Positions 8,995-18,376 of a stretch of DNA of 64,000 nucleotides are shown here, in pieces. The DNA is from Paracoccaceae bacterium. Its GTDB lineage: Bacteria; Pseudomonadota; Alphaproteobacteria; Rhodobacterales; Rhodobacteraceae. The notes below the pieces were generated by a model. The model was given only the letters and a program-made list of their open reading frames with translations. It had not been told where the DNA came from and did no database searches. The first letter of the stretch is position 1, and each line of letters begins with the position of its first letter. The position numbers and the translations under genes are program-made. The stretch covers positions 91,534 to 155,533 of the forward strand of contig JAGWAS010000004.1 in the NCBI GenBank assembly GCA_021296235.1. The letters are read 5' to 3'.

Positions 8995-10200
8995 ATGGAC
9001 ATCATTGATCCCCATCTCGTTGTCGACCGACGCCCCAAAACCGGAGCGAATTCGTCAAGGTTGCGCGATCACAATGAACGTTCAATTCTGTCCCATCTGC
9101 GTGAGCACGGTCCTGGCTCCGGCGGGGAAATCGCCAAGGCTCTCAACCTGTCTTCGCAGACGGTTTCCGTCATAATCCGTCAGCTTGATGAACAGGGTGT
9201 CATTCGCAGGCTTGATCCGGTCAAGGGCAAGGTGGGAAAACCGCAGACACCGGTTGCACTCGCTCCAGGGGGCGCATTCTCCTACGGCCTGAGAATCGGC
9301 CGCCGGACCGCAAATCTCATTCTCATGGACATCTTGGGCGAAATCGTCTCCCAAAGGAGCATCCGCTATCCCTACCCCACCCCCATCATGGTGGAGGAGT
9401 TCGTTGAAGGTGCGCTGGATCAACTCTCCCGCGAAATTGCCGATGCAGCGCAGAAACGGATTGTTGGGATTGGAGTTGCCGCCCCGTTCGAACTGTGGAA
9501 CTGGCTTGATGGACTTGGAGCGCCCAAAAGGGACGCTGACAAGTGGAGGGACTACGCAATTGGCGAGTGCTATCGGAACCTCACCGACCTTCCCACCTAT
9601 GTTGCGAACGATGTAAATCTTGCGTGCATGGCCGAGCTTATGTTCGGCCGCGGAACCGAGTTCCGCGATTTCGCATACTTCTATGTCGGCTATTTCGTGG
9701 GCGGGGCCGTTGTTCTGGACGGGAAGGTGTTTCATGGCCCGCGCGGCAACGCGGGTGCATTCGGCTCAATCCCGGTGGTGGCCAATGGAATTGAGGATGC
9801 CCAACTCATCAGCACTTCCTCGATTTTTGTCCTGGAGCGGAAACTGGCGGCCAAATGCGGGCGCCCGGTAAATCTGCGGGCCGAGAACGGACACTGGACC
9901 GATGAGGAAGATTTGCGGGAAGCCTGGATGGACGGTGCGGCCAACAGCATGGCACGGGCGGCCGTTGCCGTCGCGGCCGTTCTGGACATTTCCGACATCG
10001 TCGTCGACGGCGTCTTTCCTCCTCCAATCCGTAATGAGTTTGTCAAGAAGCTCAACGGTGCCGCGAGCCGGATTGATCAGCAGGGAATTCATCCCGTGAT
10101 GTTCCATGAAGGCCAGCTTGGTCCGGATGCCGGACAACGAGGCGCCGCCTATCAGCCGATTGTGTCCGAACTGCTGATTGAAGGCAGTCAACTGACGTAG
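8995..10200 (+). CDS. ROK-family transcriptional regulator
   Basis: ATG at 8995 follows AGGAA. The N-terminal winged HTH (LRDHNERSILSHLREHGPGSGGEIAKALNLSSQTVSVIIRQLDEQGVIRR) is followed by a ROK sugar-kinase-like fold (GIGVAAPF, GNAGAFG). It is divergent from the ABC operon. Confidence 0.85.
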   Translation: MDIIDPHLVVDRRPKTGANSSRLRDHNERSILSHLREHGPGSGGEIAKALNLSSQTVSVIIRQLDEQGVIRRLDPVKGKVGKPQTPVALAPGGAFSYGLRIGRRTANLILMDILGEIVSQRSIRYPYPTPIMVEEFVEGALDQLSREIADAAQKRIVGIGVAAPFELWNWLDGLGAPKRDADKWRDYAIGECYRNLTDLPTYVANDVNLACMAELMFGRGTEFRDFAYFYVGYFVGGAVVLDGKVFHGPRGNAGAFGSIPVVANGIEDAQLISTSSIFVLERKLAAKCGRPVNLRAENGHWTDEEDLREAWMDGAANSMARAAVAVAAVLDISDIVVDGVFPPPIRNEFVKKLNGAASRIDQQGIHPVMFHEGQLGPDAGQRGAAYQPIVSELLIEGSQLT

Positions 10201-10467
10201 CTCTTTTGCTTTCGGCGCTGCGGACAATTGCGGGTTGCAACTGCAGCCTCGACCGACACGGCAATTGATCAAGGTCCAATTTGGCGATCGTTCGGTCAAG
10301 CCCTGACGGCTCGGGTGCGGCCTGCCCTGCATCAACCGCCCACACATCCAAGGCATAACGCGGCGAAACAGCCTCCAAACCCAGGCCGAGTCCATTTGCC
10401 TCCACACTGTGGCGCTTCCCCATTTCCGTCCGCCAACCCGCAGCAATTGGCACACCACCGACTTAAT

Positions 10468-10490
10468 TCAAAACGCCCGCAGCCTGCGGG
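10468..10490 (-). terminator. weak intrinsic terminator candidate downstream of the 10576-11856 gene
   Basis: cccgcag/ctgcggg inverted repeat (10476-10490), followed on the minus strand by CGTTTTG. Confidence 0.3.
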
Positions 10491-10575
10491 CCTGCCAGCC
10501 TGAACCGAATTCGGCAACACTGGCTTTCGCCATTTCAAGTTCGCGGATACGACCGGCGATGGCACCCAATGCGGC

Positions 10576-11856
10576 CTATTCACCCAATCCCAGCAACTCA
10601 AGGGTCTCTTCGTTCGGGTGTCCAGTTTGGATCAATCCAGCAGAATACTGATATTGCCTCATGGCGGATTGAGACCTTGGACCCCAAACCCCGTCAGCCG
10701 GTCCGGCATCGTATCCGGCAATTCCCAACAAAGTTTGAATCAGCCGGTAGTCTTGCCGTGCAAACACGATCGGCTCTTCAAGGGTTTGGCCGATGCAGGA
10801 TTGGATCGCCGTCTCCGCGACATCAACATACCCGGAAAGTTCAAATTGGCCGGAATGCAGATTGTTGTCGACATCCCAAACGCCAATCATGAGTTCGTCA
10901 GCCTCGACCAATTCAAAGAACAGTTTCCTTGCCTCTGCACCGGATAGGGATGCTCCGCTGCCTCCAGGTGATCGGGCCCACCTGCCGAATCGCCGTTTTC
11001 CCCCGTCAAGCCGGTGGACAACCTCCAGCCCCGGTTGGTCACCGCCCGCGGCGGTGCTGTCCGCAAGCGTTCTGCCCGGAAGAAGAAACGCGACATTGAA
11101 CTCATCCCTCTTGCACTTCACCTCAAGCAATTCGCCCGGGTCCTCCGAAGGGAAGTAGGCCGAATAGTTCAGGGCCAACATTTCCGGTTCATTTGGCTCC
11201 GCAAACACGGTCCACCATCCCGATGCCACCGCCCCCCGCGCCAACTCCCTTTGGAAAAGGGGGGTCCCGCCAACCTCGTCGGCCATAAATGATCGCGGCA
11301 CGCCCGGCAGAGAAGATGTTTCATCAATTCCGGTCTTCAAAACATCCGGTTCGGTGCCGACGTCGGATATGCCCGGCAGGTGAATTCCGTACTTGGCTTG
11401 GTAGTGGGCAAGCAGAAGCTGCGACTGGGTCAACAACTCGGATTCAAGCCGAATCGATGCGATCGACCGTTCGACTCCCTTAAGCTCACTCACATCCTTT
11501 TGTGTTTCCGCAATCCGGTCCCTCGCTGCCTGCAGATCATCCCTGAGTTGCCGGGCGCGGTCTGGGTCCGGGTCCGCTGCAGCGACAATAATCCTGCGGA
11601 CGTTTTTGCCCTCCAGTGCTTGAATCCGGTTCAGAACCAGGGCGTAAGACAGCTCCAGAATCTCCAACCTGAGCATTGCAACGTCCCTTACCGCCTTCGG
11701 TTCATCCGACATTGCGATCAATTCCGCTTCGTCAATCCGGTACGAAATCCGGTCGAGTTCATCAGCCAGTTCGTCGACCACTGCGGAATGCGCAGCAATC
11801 GCAAAGACCGCCACACCTGCCGATGCAAACACGAGTTTCATGAATGAACTGACCAT
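10576..11856 (-). CDS. secreted protein with N-terminal coiled coil and C-terminal peptidoglycan-binding (PG_binding_1-like) domain
   Basis: ATG at 11856 is preceded by AAAAAAGGGAAAAATC. Signal/anchor sequence MVSSFMKLVFASAGVAVFAIAAHSA. A heptad-like region (ELADELDRISYRIDEAELIA...RARQLRDDLQAARDRIAETQKDVSELK) follows. The C-terminus DYRLIQTLLGIAGYDAGPADGVWGPRSQSAMRQYQYSAGLIQTG is typical of PG-binding repeats. Confidence 0.7.
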   Translation of the reverse strand: MVSSFMKLVFASAGVAVFAIAAHSAVVDELADELDRISYRIDEAELIAMSDEPKAVRDVAMLRLEILELSYALVLNRIQALEGKNVRRIIVAAADPDPDRARQLRDDLQAARDRIAETQKDVSELKGVERSIASIRLESELLTQSQLLLAHYQAKYGIHLPGISDVGTEPDVLKTGIDETSSLPGVPRSFMADEVGGTPLFQRELARGAVASGWWTVFAEPNEPEMLALNYSAYFPSEDPGELLEVKCKRDEFNVAFLLPGRTLADSTAAGGDQPGLEVVHRLDGGKRRFGRWARSPGGSGASLSGAEARKLFFELVEADELMIGVWDVDNNLHSGQFELSGYVDVAETAIQSCIGQTLEEPIVFARQDYRLIQTLLGIAGYDAGPADGVWGPRSQSAMRQYQYSAGLIQTGHPNEETLELLGLGE

Positions 11857-12506
11857 GATTTTTCCCTTTTTTGTGAGCCTCAATTGGAAATGTGGGCAGG
11901 GGCAACAAACCAGCCTCGCCGTCCGGGAAAGTTGCCATCGCAAAGGCAACGTGCAGGTCTCGACGGGGTGCTTCAAGCCTACTTCAGCGACAATCTTCCC
12001 GCAAGTTTCATTGAGTCCCCACTGCAACGAATTGCCGCATTGAACCTGTCGGTTGTCAACAGATGACAGCCTTGTCCCGAAAAACCGCCGGGCCACGCTT
12101 CCATCTCTCCGCAGCGCCACTCGTCGAAAGACAAACCGAACCGCCCAATGTGGTTGAGGCCGTTGCTGCGCCCGAATTGCCGCACAAGAACACGAATTTG
12201 ACGTCCGGTTACAATTGAATTTCCGTCGAGAACACAGCCGGATTGTGCCAATTTTCTGCAATGGGACAGATAAACGGCAGCAAGAAATGGGTGGCCTTGC
12301 AGGTAATTCAACAGAAAATCCTGCAAACCGGAGTTGCACCGTTGCCGCCGCCGTCCCGATGTTGGAAAAGGGAATTATCCGGAATCCAGCCTGCGGTCTG
12401 AGATTAACCAAATTGGCGGGCACAATTCGGGCGAACGGATCAACGCCGGACAACAATGTCGGATCTGCGCAACGGCAAGGCTCATTTGAAACAGGGAACG
12501 CAACCC

Positions 12507-14678
12507 ATGGCAGCAACAGACATTTGCCCGCCGGCAACTTCAGCGGTTAAGGACAAGTTGGAGGGCGGCCGCAAATTCGTGCTGGAAACCGAATTTACCC
12601 CAGCCGGCGACCAGCCCAGTGCAATTGCGGAACTTACATCCGGTCTGGTTGAGGACGAACAGAACCAAGTTCTGCTTGGCGCCACCGGAACCGGCAAGAC
12701 ATTCACGATGGCAAAGATCATTGAGCAAACTCAACGTCCAGCCATCATCCTTGCCCCAAACAAGACGCTGGCCGCCCAACTCTACGGGGAATTCAAGGGC
12801 TTCTTCCCCGAAAACGCGGTCGAATATTTCGTGAGTTACTACGACTACTATCAACCGGAAGCATATGTTCCGCGCACCGACACCTACATTGAGAAGGAAG
12901 CGGACGTGAATGAGCGGATCGACCGAATGCGCCATTCGGCCACAAGATCCCTCCTTGAACGGGACGATGTGATCATCGTCGCTTCGGTGTCCTGCATCTA
13001 CGGCATTGGTTCGGTCGAGACCTACGGAGCCATGACCCAGGACATCGTCGCCGGAAAATCATACGATCAGCGGGCCATCCTCGCCGATTTGGTTGAGCAG
13101 CAGTACAAACGGAATGATCAGGCGTTCAGGCGCGGTGCCTTCCGGTTGCGCGGCGATGTGCTGGAAATCTGGCCGACCCACCTTGAGGATCGTGCCTGGA
13201 GACTGTCGTTCTTCGGCAATGAGGTTGAGAGCATCCGCGAGTTTGATCCGCTTACCGGAAAGCGGACCGACAAATTGGACCGGATCAGGATTTACGCCAA
13301 CTCGCACTACGTAACGCCGCGCCCCACCCTGCAACAGGCTGTAAAGGGAATTCGGGCCGAACTGGCAATTCGGTTGCCTCAACTTGAGAATGAGGGAAAA
13401 TTGCTGGAGGCACAACGGTTGGAGCAAAGGACCAAATTCGACCTTGAGATGATTGAGGCAACAGGCAGCTGTGCTGGCATCGAAAATTACTCACGCTTCC
13501 TGACTGGACGCCAGCCGGGCGAGCCGCCTCCGACGTTGTTTGAGTACATTCCGGATCATGCCATCGTATTTGCCGACGAGTCACATGTTTCGGTTCCTCA
13601 ACTCCGAGCCATGTACCGGGGCGACTTCAGGCGGAAGTTCACATTGGCCGAACATGGATTCCGGCTTCCGTCCTGCATGGACAATCGCCCCCTCAAGTTC
13701 GAGGAATGGGATTTGATGCGGCCACAATCCATATTTGTTTCGGCAACACCAGGAGACTGGGAGTTGGAACGAACCGATGGAGCCTATGCCGAACAGGTCA
13801 TTCGGCCGACCGGCCTACTCGATCCCGAAGTTTCAATCCGTCCGGTAACACATCAGGTCGATGAATTGCTCGACGCGGCAAGGAAAACGGCACTCAAGGG
13901 CCACCGCACGCTCGTAACCACCCTCACCAAGCGGATGGCCGAGGATCTGACCGAATATCTCCATGAGCAGGGCATCCGTGTGAGATACATGCACTCGGAT
14001 ATCGAAACGCTTGAGCGAATTGAGATACTGCGCGATTTGAGGCTTGGCACCTTTGACGTTCTGGTGGGCATCAACCTGCTGAGAGAGGGGCTGGACATCC
14101 CGGAATGCGGACTGGTCGCAATCCTTGATGCCGACAAGGAGGGGTTCCTGAGATCGGAAACTTCGCTAATTCAGACGATCGGCCGGGCCGCACGGAATGT
14201 TGATGGCCACGTCATCATGTTTGCCGACAAGATTACGAATTCAATCGAAAGGGCACTTCGGGAAACGGACCGGCGCCGCGCCAAGCAAATGGCCTTCAAC
14301 GAGAAGAACGGTATCACACCCGAAACAATCAGAAAGAACGTCTCTGATGTGATGGCTGGCCTCTATGAGGGAGATACCGACGAATCGAGAATTACCGCGA
14401 CTGTTGACAGGCAGCTTGCCGGAGCCAACCTGGAGGTGCATCTGAAAGAACTCAGGAAGCAGATGTATGATGCGGCGGAAAATCTCGAATTCGAGGAGGC
14501 GGCACGGATTCGCGACGAGGTCAAGCGGCTCGAAACTGTCGAACTGGAGGTTGCCGATGACCCGTTTGCCAGGCAGAGCGCAATAGCCGCTGCAAGCGAT
14601 ACGGCAAACGAGCGGTACGGCCGGTCGACCTCAGGAAGACCCGGCTCATACGCAGGCAGGAAAAGAAGGCGCCGTTAG
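12507..14678 (+). CDS. uvrB: excinuclease ABC subunit B
   Basis: [32 protein letters not shown] (Walker A), [10 protein letters not shown], the helicase motifs and a C-terminal UVR domain ([16 protein letters not shown]). Start taken at ATG 12507 after AGGGAA; the ORF-track start at 12456 is an alternative. Confidence 0.95.
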   Translation: MAATDICPPATSAVKDKLEGGRKFVLETEFTPAGDQPSAIAELTSGLVEDEQNQVLLGATGTGKTFTMAKIIEQTQRPAIILAPNKTLAAQLYGEFKGFFPENAVEYFVSYYDYYQPEAYVPRTDTYIEKEADVNERIDRMRHSATRSLLERDDVIIVASVSCIYGIGSVETYGAMTQDIVAGKSYDQRAILADLVEQQYKRNDQAFRRGAFRLRGDVLEIWPTHLEDRAWRLSFFGNEVESIREFDPLTGKRTDKLDRIRIYANSHYVTPRPTLQQAVKGIRAELAIRLPQLENEGKLLEAQRLEQRTKFDLEMIEATGSCAGIENYSRFLTGRQPGEPPPTLFEYIPDHAIVFADESHVSVPQLRAMYRGDFRRKFTLAEHGFRLPSCMDNRPLKFEEWDLMRPQSIFVSATPGDWELERTDGAYAEQVIRPTGLLDPEVSIRPVTHQVDELLDAARKTALKGHRTLVTTLTKRMAEDLTEYLHEQGIRVRYMHSDIETLERIEILRDLRLGTFDVLVGINLLREGLDIPECGLVAILDADKEGFLRSETSLIQTIGRAARNVDGHVIMFADKITNSIERALRETDRRRAKQMAFNEKNGITPETIRKNVSDVMAGLYEGDTDESRITATVDRQLAGANLEVHLKELRKQMYDAAENLEFEEAARIRDEVKRLETVELEVADDPFARQSAIAAASDTANERYGRSTSGRPGSYAGRKRRRR

Positions 14679-14680
14679 CT

Positions 14681-16270
14681 TCAGGCAACCGGAGAAATTC
14701 TCTCGGAAATCAATTCCGCCGTTTCCCCAATTCCATACAGCGCGATGAAGCTGCCAAACCTTGGTCCTTGGCTTGAACCCAGCAGAACTTCATAGATTGC
14801 CTTGAACCAGTTTCTGAGGGGCTGGAATCCGTGCTCGGTGCCAACCGAATAGACCATGGCCTGCAGTGTCTCGGGATCGTCCCCGCCCGACCAGCCTTTC
14901 AGCCGGTTTGCCAAATCCTCCAATGCCTCCCGCTCTAGCGGGGTTGGATCCCTGAAATTCCGGTTGGGAGCCACGACATCCTTGAGATACCGGACTGCGC
15001 CTTCAACCATTTCCGCGAGATCGGGATCGGATTCCGGGCTTGAGCCAGGTCGATATTTGCGAACAAACCTCCAGAGAACGTCACTGTCCTCGGCGGATAC
15101 CGCAGAGCCGAGATTGAGCAACATCGAGTAGGATATGGAATCTCCCGGCAGTGGCGGGTTGCCCCCGTGAATGTGCCAGACGGGATTGGCCAGGCGTGCG
15201 GTCTCATCCTGCTGCACATATGCCCGCAGGTGTTGATGATATTCGTCGACCGCCTTTGGAATTACCTGGTGAAAGAGTCGCTTGGCCGTTTTTGGCTTGT
15301 TGTACATGAATAGACCCAGACTCTCGCGAGAGGCATAGGAAAGCCAGTCATCAATCGAAACTGAGATGCCATGTCCCGAGGATTTCGATATTTTCCGACC
15401 GGCTTCATCAAGAAAAAGCTCGAACATCATGCCCGTCGGAGCTGGCTTGCCAAGAATCCGGCACAGCTTTGCACCTAGTTCCGCCGAAGGTCCCAGGTCC
15501 TTTCCATACATCTCGTAATCTACGCCAAGCGCCGCCCAGCGCATTGCCCAATCGGGTTTCCACTGCAGCTTCACTGCCCCGCCGGTTACAGGAATCTCGA
15601 TCTTCTCTCCGTCCGGTTCCCGGTAAACGATCGTTCCCTTTGACGGATTCCTTTCGATTGTCGGCACCTGAAGAACGCGCCCGGACTTCGGGCTGATGGG
15701 AAGGAAGGGCGAGTAAGTGTCCTTCCGGCCCTCCTCAACCCCTCCGAGCGACGGCAGCATGATCTCCATGATCGGGTCAAACCGCTCAAGCACGGTCAGC
15801 AGCATTTCATCGAATTTGCCGCTGCGGTAGTGCTCGGTTGAAGAGACGAATTCGTAGTCGAACCCGAAGCGGTCAAGAAATGTGCGAAGTCTCTCATTGT
15901 TGTTTTCGGCAAAACTGCGATGCGTGCCGAACGGATCCCGGACCATGGTGAGCGGCAGATGCAGATCCTCTGCAAGAATATCCCTGTTGGGAACATTGAG
16001 CGGAACCTTTCTGAGGCCATCCATGTCGTCGGAAAAACAGATGAGCCTGGTCGGCAGGTTGGAAATCCGTTCGAAGGCGGTTCGGACCATCAATGTGCGC
16101 GCCACTTCCCCGAACGTTCCTATATGGGGCAGTCCGGATGGTCCGTAACCCGTCTGGAACAACACCGTTTCAGCATCCGGTCGGAACTTTTCCAGGTGCT
16201 CAAGCAGCCTGCGGGCCTCCGCAAAGGGCCACGCGCCGGATTTCATTGCCTCGGCTGCCGGGACACCCAT
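14681..16270 (-). CDS. lysK: lysine--tRNA ligase, class I
   Basis: 529 aa with GYGPSGLPHIGTFGEVAR (HIGH-type motif) and GRKISKSSGHG (KMSKS-type). The architecture and length match class-I LysRS, as found in many alphaproteobacteria. It is convergent with uvrB, with only 2 nt between the stops. Confidence 0.9.
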   Translation of the reverse strand: MGVPAAEAMKSGAWPFAEARRLLEHLEKFRPDAETVLFQTGYGPSGLPHIGTFGEVARTLMVRTAFERISNLPTRLICFSDDMDGLRKVPLNVPNRDILAEDLHLPLTMVRDPFGTHRSFAENNNERLRTFLDRFGFDYEFVSSTEHYRSGKFDEMLLTVLERFDPIMEIMLPSLGGVEEGRKDTYSPFLPISPKSGRVLQVPTIERNPSKGTIVYREPDGEKIEIPVTGGAVKLQWKPDWAMRWAALGVDYEMYGKDLGPSAELGAKLCRILGKPAPTGMMFELFLDEAGRKISKSSGHGISVSIDDWLSYASRESLGLFMYNKPKTAKRLFHQVIPKAVDEYHQHLRAYVQQDETARLANPVWHIHGGNPPLPGDSISYSMLLNLGSAVSAEDSDVLWRFVRKYRPGSSPESDPDLAEMVEGAVRYLKDVVAPNRNFRDPTPLEREALEDLANRLKGWSGGDDPETLQAMVYSVGTEHGFQPLRNWFKAIYEVLLGSSQGPRFGSFIALYGIGETAELISERISPVA

Positions 16271-16367
16271 GTTTCAACCCATATTGCTGAATGCGTGCCG
16301 CTTCCTATTGCCAGCCGGCAATGCCGTCAATAAGAACGCCAGCAGCGTAAGGTTGCCCAACAATGTC

Positions 16368-16796
16368 ATGAATGAAATGCAAAATCCCAGAAAACCAGAT
16401 TCGGTGCAGGATGCTCTGGTCGCCTTGATGGTTGCCACGTCCCTGTCAGACGAGCGCGGCGAGACATCCGAGTTGATTACCATCAACGATGTGGTCGACA
16501 ACCTGCCAATCTTTGCCGGCTATGAGGTGAACCGCATACGGAAGGTATCGCTGTACGTGATGGACCTCTTTGGCAGTGAGGACGGTCTTTCAACTCTGTT
16601 CAGTGACATCAGGGATGTCCTGCCCGCGGACTTTTCGGAAACGGCTTATGCACTGGCCTGCGATGTTGTTGCCGGGGACGGACGACTGGAACAAATCGAA
16701 CTGCGGTTCCTTCAGGAAATCCGCCACGAACTGAACATCGACCGTCTTGCTGCCGCTGCAATTGAACGGGCGGCCGCGGCCCGATACAGACGCTGA
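16368..16796 (+). CDS. TerB-like (tellurite-resistance TerB family) small protein
   Basis: ATG at 16368. DALVALMVATSLSDERGETSE...AYALACDVVAGDGRLEQIELRFLQEIRHELNIDRLAAAAIE shows the paired-helix D/E-G repeat pattern of TerB-like domains. This is a weak, motif-level call. Confidence 0.5.
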   Translation: MNEMQNPRKPDSVQDALVALMVATSLSDERGETSELITINDVVDNLPIFAGYEVNRIRKVSLYVMDLFGSEDGLSTLFSDIRDVLPADFSETAYALACDVVAGDGRLEQIELRFLQEIRHELNIDRLAAAAIERAAAARYRR

Positions 16797-17775
16797 ACTG
16801 CGGGCCGGCCCCCGCCCTGCGCACTCCCAATTTAATTTCCTTGGAACAATGCCGCGCGACGCCGAATTCCGGATGGATAAATTCAGCGGTCGGCCCGGCG
16901 CAGCTGAGTTGACAGGAAACCTACGAAGGGCAATCGGACATGGTCCGGAACGCGGAGACCAGTTCGGCCAGTATTGATGCGGATTCTTTGGGGACACTTT
17001 GTTTGGCGACGGTTTGCTTAGCCACAATGCCGGCGCAGCCAACAGATTCGGTTGCACAGCCGAGACCCAGGCCGGAACACGCAATGTAATCCTGTGCCGC
17101 TCTTCCCTACGACTGACTCCGGCCGGGGCTCCGGACCGCATGTTGGGATCGAACCAATAGGATCGACGGCTGAAATACACCACGAGCCTCAAACGTATCA
17201 AAGATACCCGCCATCGTCACGATGGTTGAAAGCCCAACCCTCGGCAAGATTGTTACGGCGTGCTTCATTGATGGGTTCCTGAATTGCGGCTCACCTCCAA
17301 GCACTGCGCAGATCCATTGCGGAAGAGAACTGCCACTCTCAATCCACCCGATCCCCGACCGGGATGCAATTCCAAAGTCAGGTCCCTGCCAGTACCTGCA
17401 CCCACATATGACCGAACAGCATGAAGTGTTCGAGTTAGCCGGATTCACCGGCAAGGCCCCTAGTTGCGGGAAGCCTTGGTCATATCGCTGAATTGGGTTG
17501 ACAACGCATGTTCAATATCATATTTGTAACTAAATAGATGGTTATTTATGTTTCATTTCATCAATTCCAAACACTCCGCTGCCAACTCTGGGAAACGATG
17601 CCGCGCGGTGCGCCAATGCGAAGCCATCAGGCGGAATGGCGAGCACTTCGTTTGAGTTGATCGCGGGAGGGCATCTGGTCTTGCGCCGAAGTTTGACCCG
17701 CCCCTGCAACCCCGGGCTGAGACCGCCAGTCCCATTTGAACACATGTGATGCCGCTTGAGACGGAGTGGAAATCA

Positions 17776-18306
17776 ATGATCCGAGCATACGGCCTGCAGC
17801 ATGTCGGGTTTACTGTTCCCGACATGGACGAGGCGGTCAATTTCTTCGAGACCGTTCTCGGAGCATCTACGATCATGGAATGCGGCTCTGTTGATGTTGA
17901 CGCCGAATTCATGAAACGGCGTCTTGGAGTTCCGGAGGGTTACAGGATTTCTGACCAGCGTGTGCTGCAGGTCGGAAACAGCGGTTCACTGGAGCTGTTT
18001 CAATACACGGGCACCGATGAACCGACACCGATCAAACACAATGGTGAAGTGGGTGCGATGCACATCGCGTTCGAGGTGGAAGACGCATTCATCGCGGCCG
18101 AGCGTCTGCGGTTACTCGGCGTAGATGTGCTGGATGGCCCGACGCAGATAGAGGGCGGACCAATGGATGGCCTCATTTGGCTGTACTTTCGCACGCCGTG
18201 GGGTCAATTCCTCGAAATTGTCAGCACAGATCAGCGATCGGGAAATGAAAAGACGGAAATCAGGAAGATGTATTCGCCGAGGCTTGACCCGGCGGCCGGG
18301 CAATAG
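17776..18306 (+). CDS. VOC-family (glyoxalase/bleomycin-resistance/dioxygenase) protein
   Basis: ATG at 17776 follows GGAG. MIRAYGLQHVGFTVPDMDEAVNFFETVLGA ... MHIAFEVEDAFIAAERLRLLGVDVLDGP is a typical two-module VOC fold. Confidence 0.8.
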   Translation: MIRAYGLQHVGFTVPDMDEAVNFFETVLGASTIMECGSVDVDAEFMKRRLGVPEGYRISDQRVLQVGNSGSLELFQYTGTDEPTPIKHNGEVGAMHIAFEVEDAFIAAERLRLLGVDVLDGPTQIEGGPMDGLIWLYFRTPWGQFLEIVSTDQRSGNEKTEIRKMYSPRLDPAAGQ

Positions 18307-18376
18307 CGTGGTCCCGGGTTGGCCGGCATGCATTGGCTGCCGAAATGGCAGTTGAACAACGGAAGAGGAGAGAGAA

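Noticed and set aside
11979-12326. A 115-aa minus-strand ORF (TTG start) in the uvrB upstream region.
   Set aside because: It has no RBS and no recognisable family or motif. I cannot support it as a gene from sequence alone.
12330-12506. An alphaproteobacterial SOS box (GAAC-N7-GAAC) upstream of uvrB.
   Set aside because: Only half-sites are present (e.g. GAACACGAATTTGAC around 12200, and GAACGGATCAACGCC). I saw no correctly spaced direct repeat.
11857-12537. The ORF track extends the 10576-11856 gene upstream by 227 stop-free codons (653-aa ORF reaching into uvrB).
   Set aside because: The extension is Cys/Arg/Ser-rich with no protein-like pattern. It overlaps the uvrB start on the other strand. 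The internal ATG at 11856 has a good RBS and is followed directly by a signal peptide. The stop-free run is unusual, but I could not find a coding explanation on either strand.
17133-17165. A tRNA-like GGTTCGATCC T-loop lies on the minus strand. Is it a tRNA gene?
   Set aside because: No complementary 5' acceptor strand, D-arm or anticodon arm can be built from the preceding 70 nt. At best it is a tRNA 3' fragment. A 10-mer match of this kind could also arise by chance in 64 kb.
17542-17745. A 67-aa minus-strand ORF just upstream of the VOC gene.
   Set aside because: It has no RBS and an implausible Gly/Arg/Pro-rich composition with no motif. It more likely lies in the 5' leader of the plus-strand operon.
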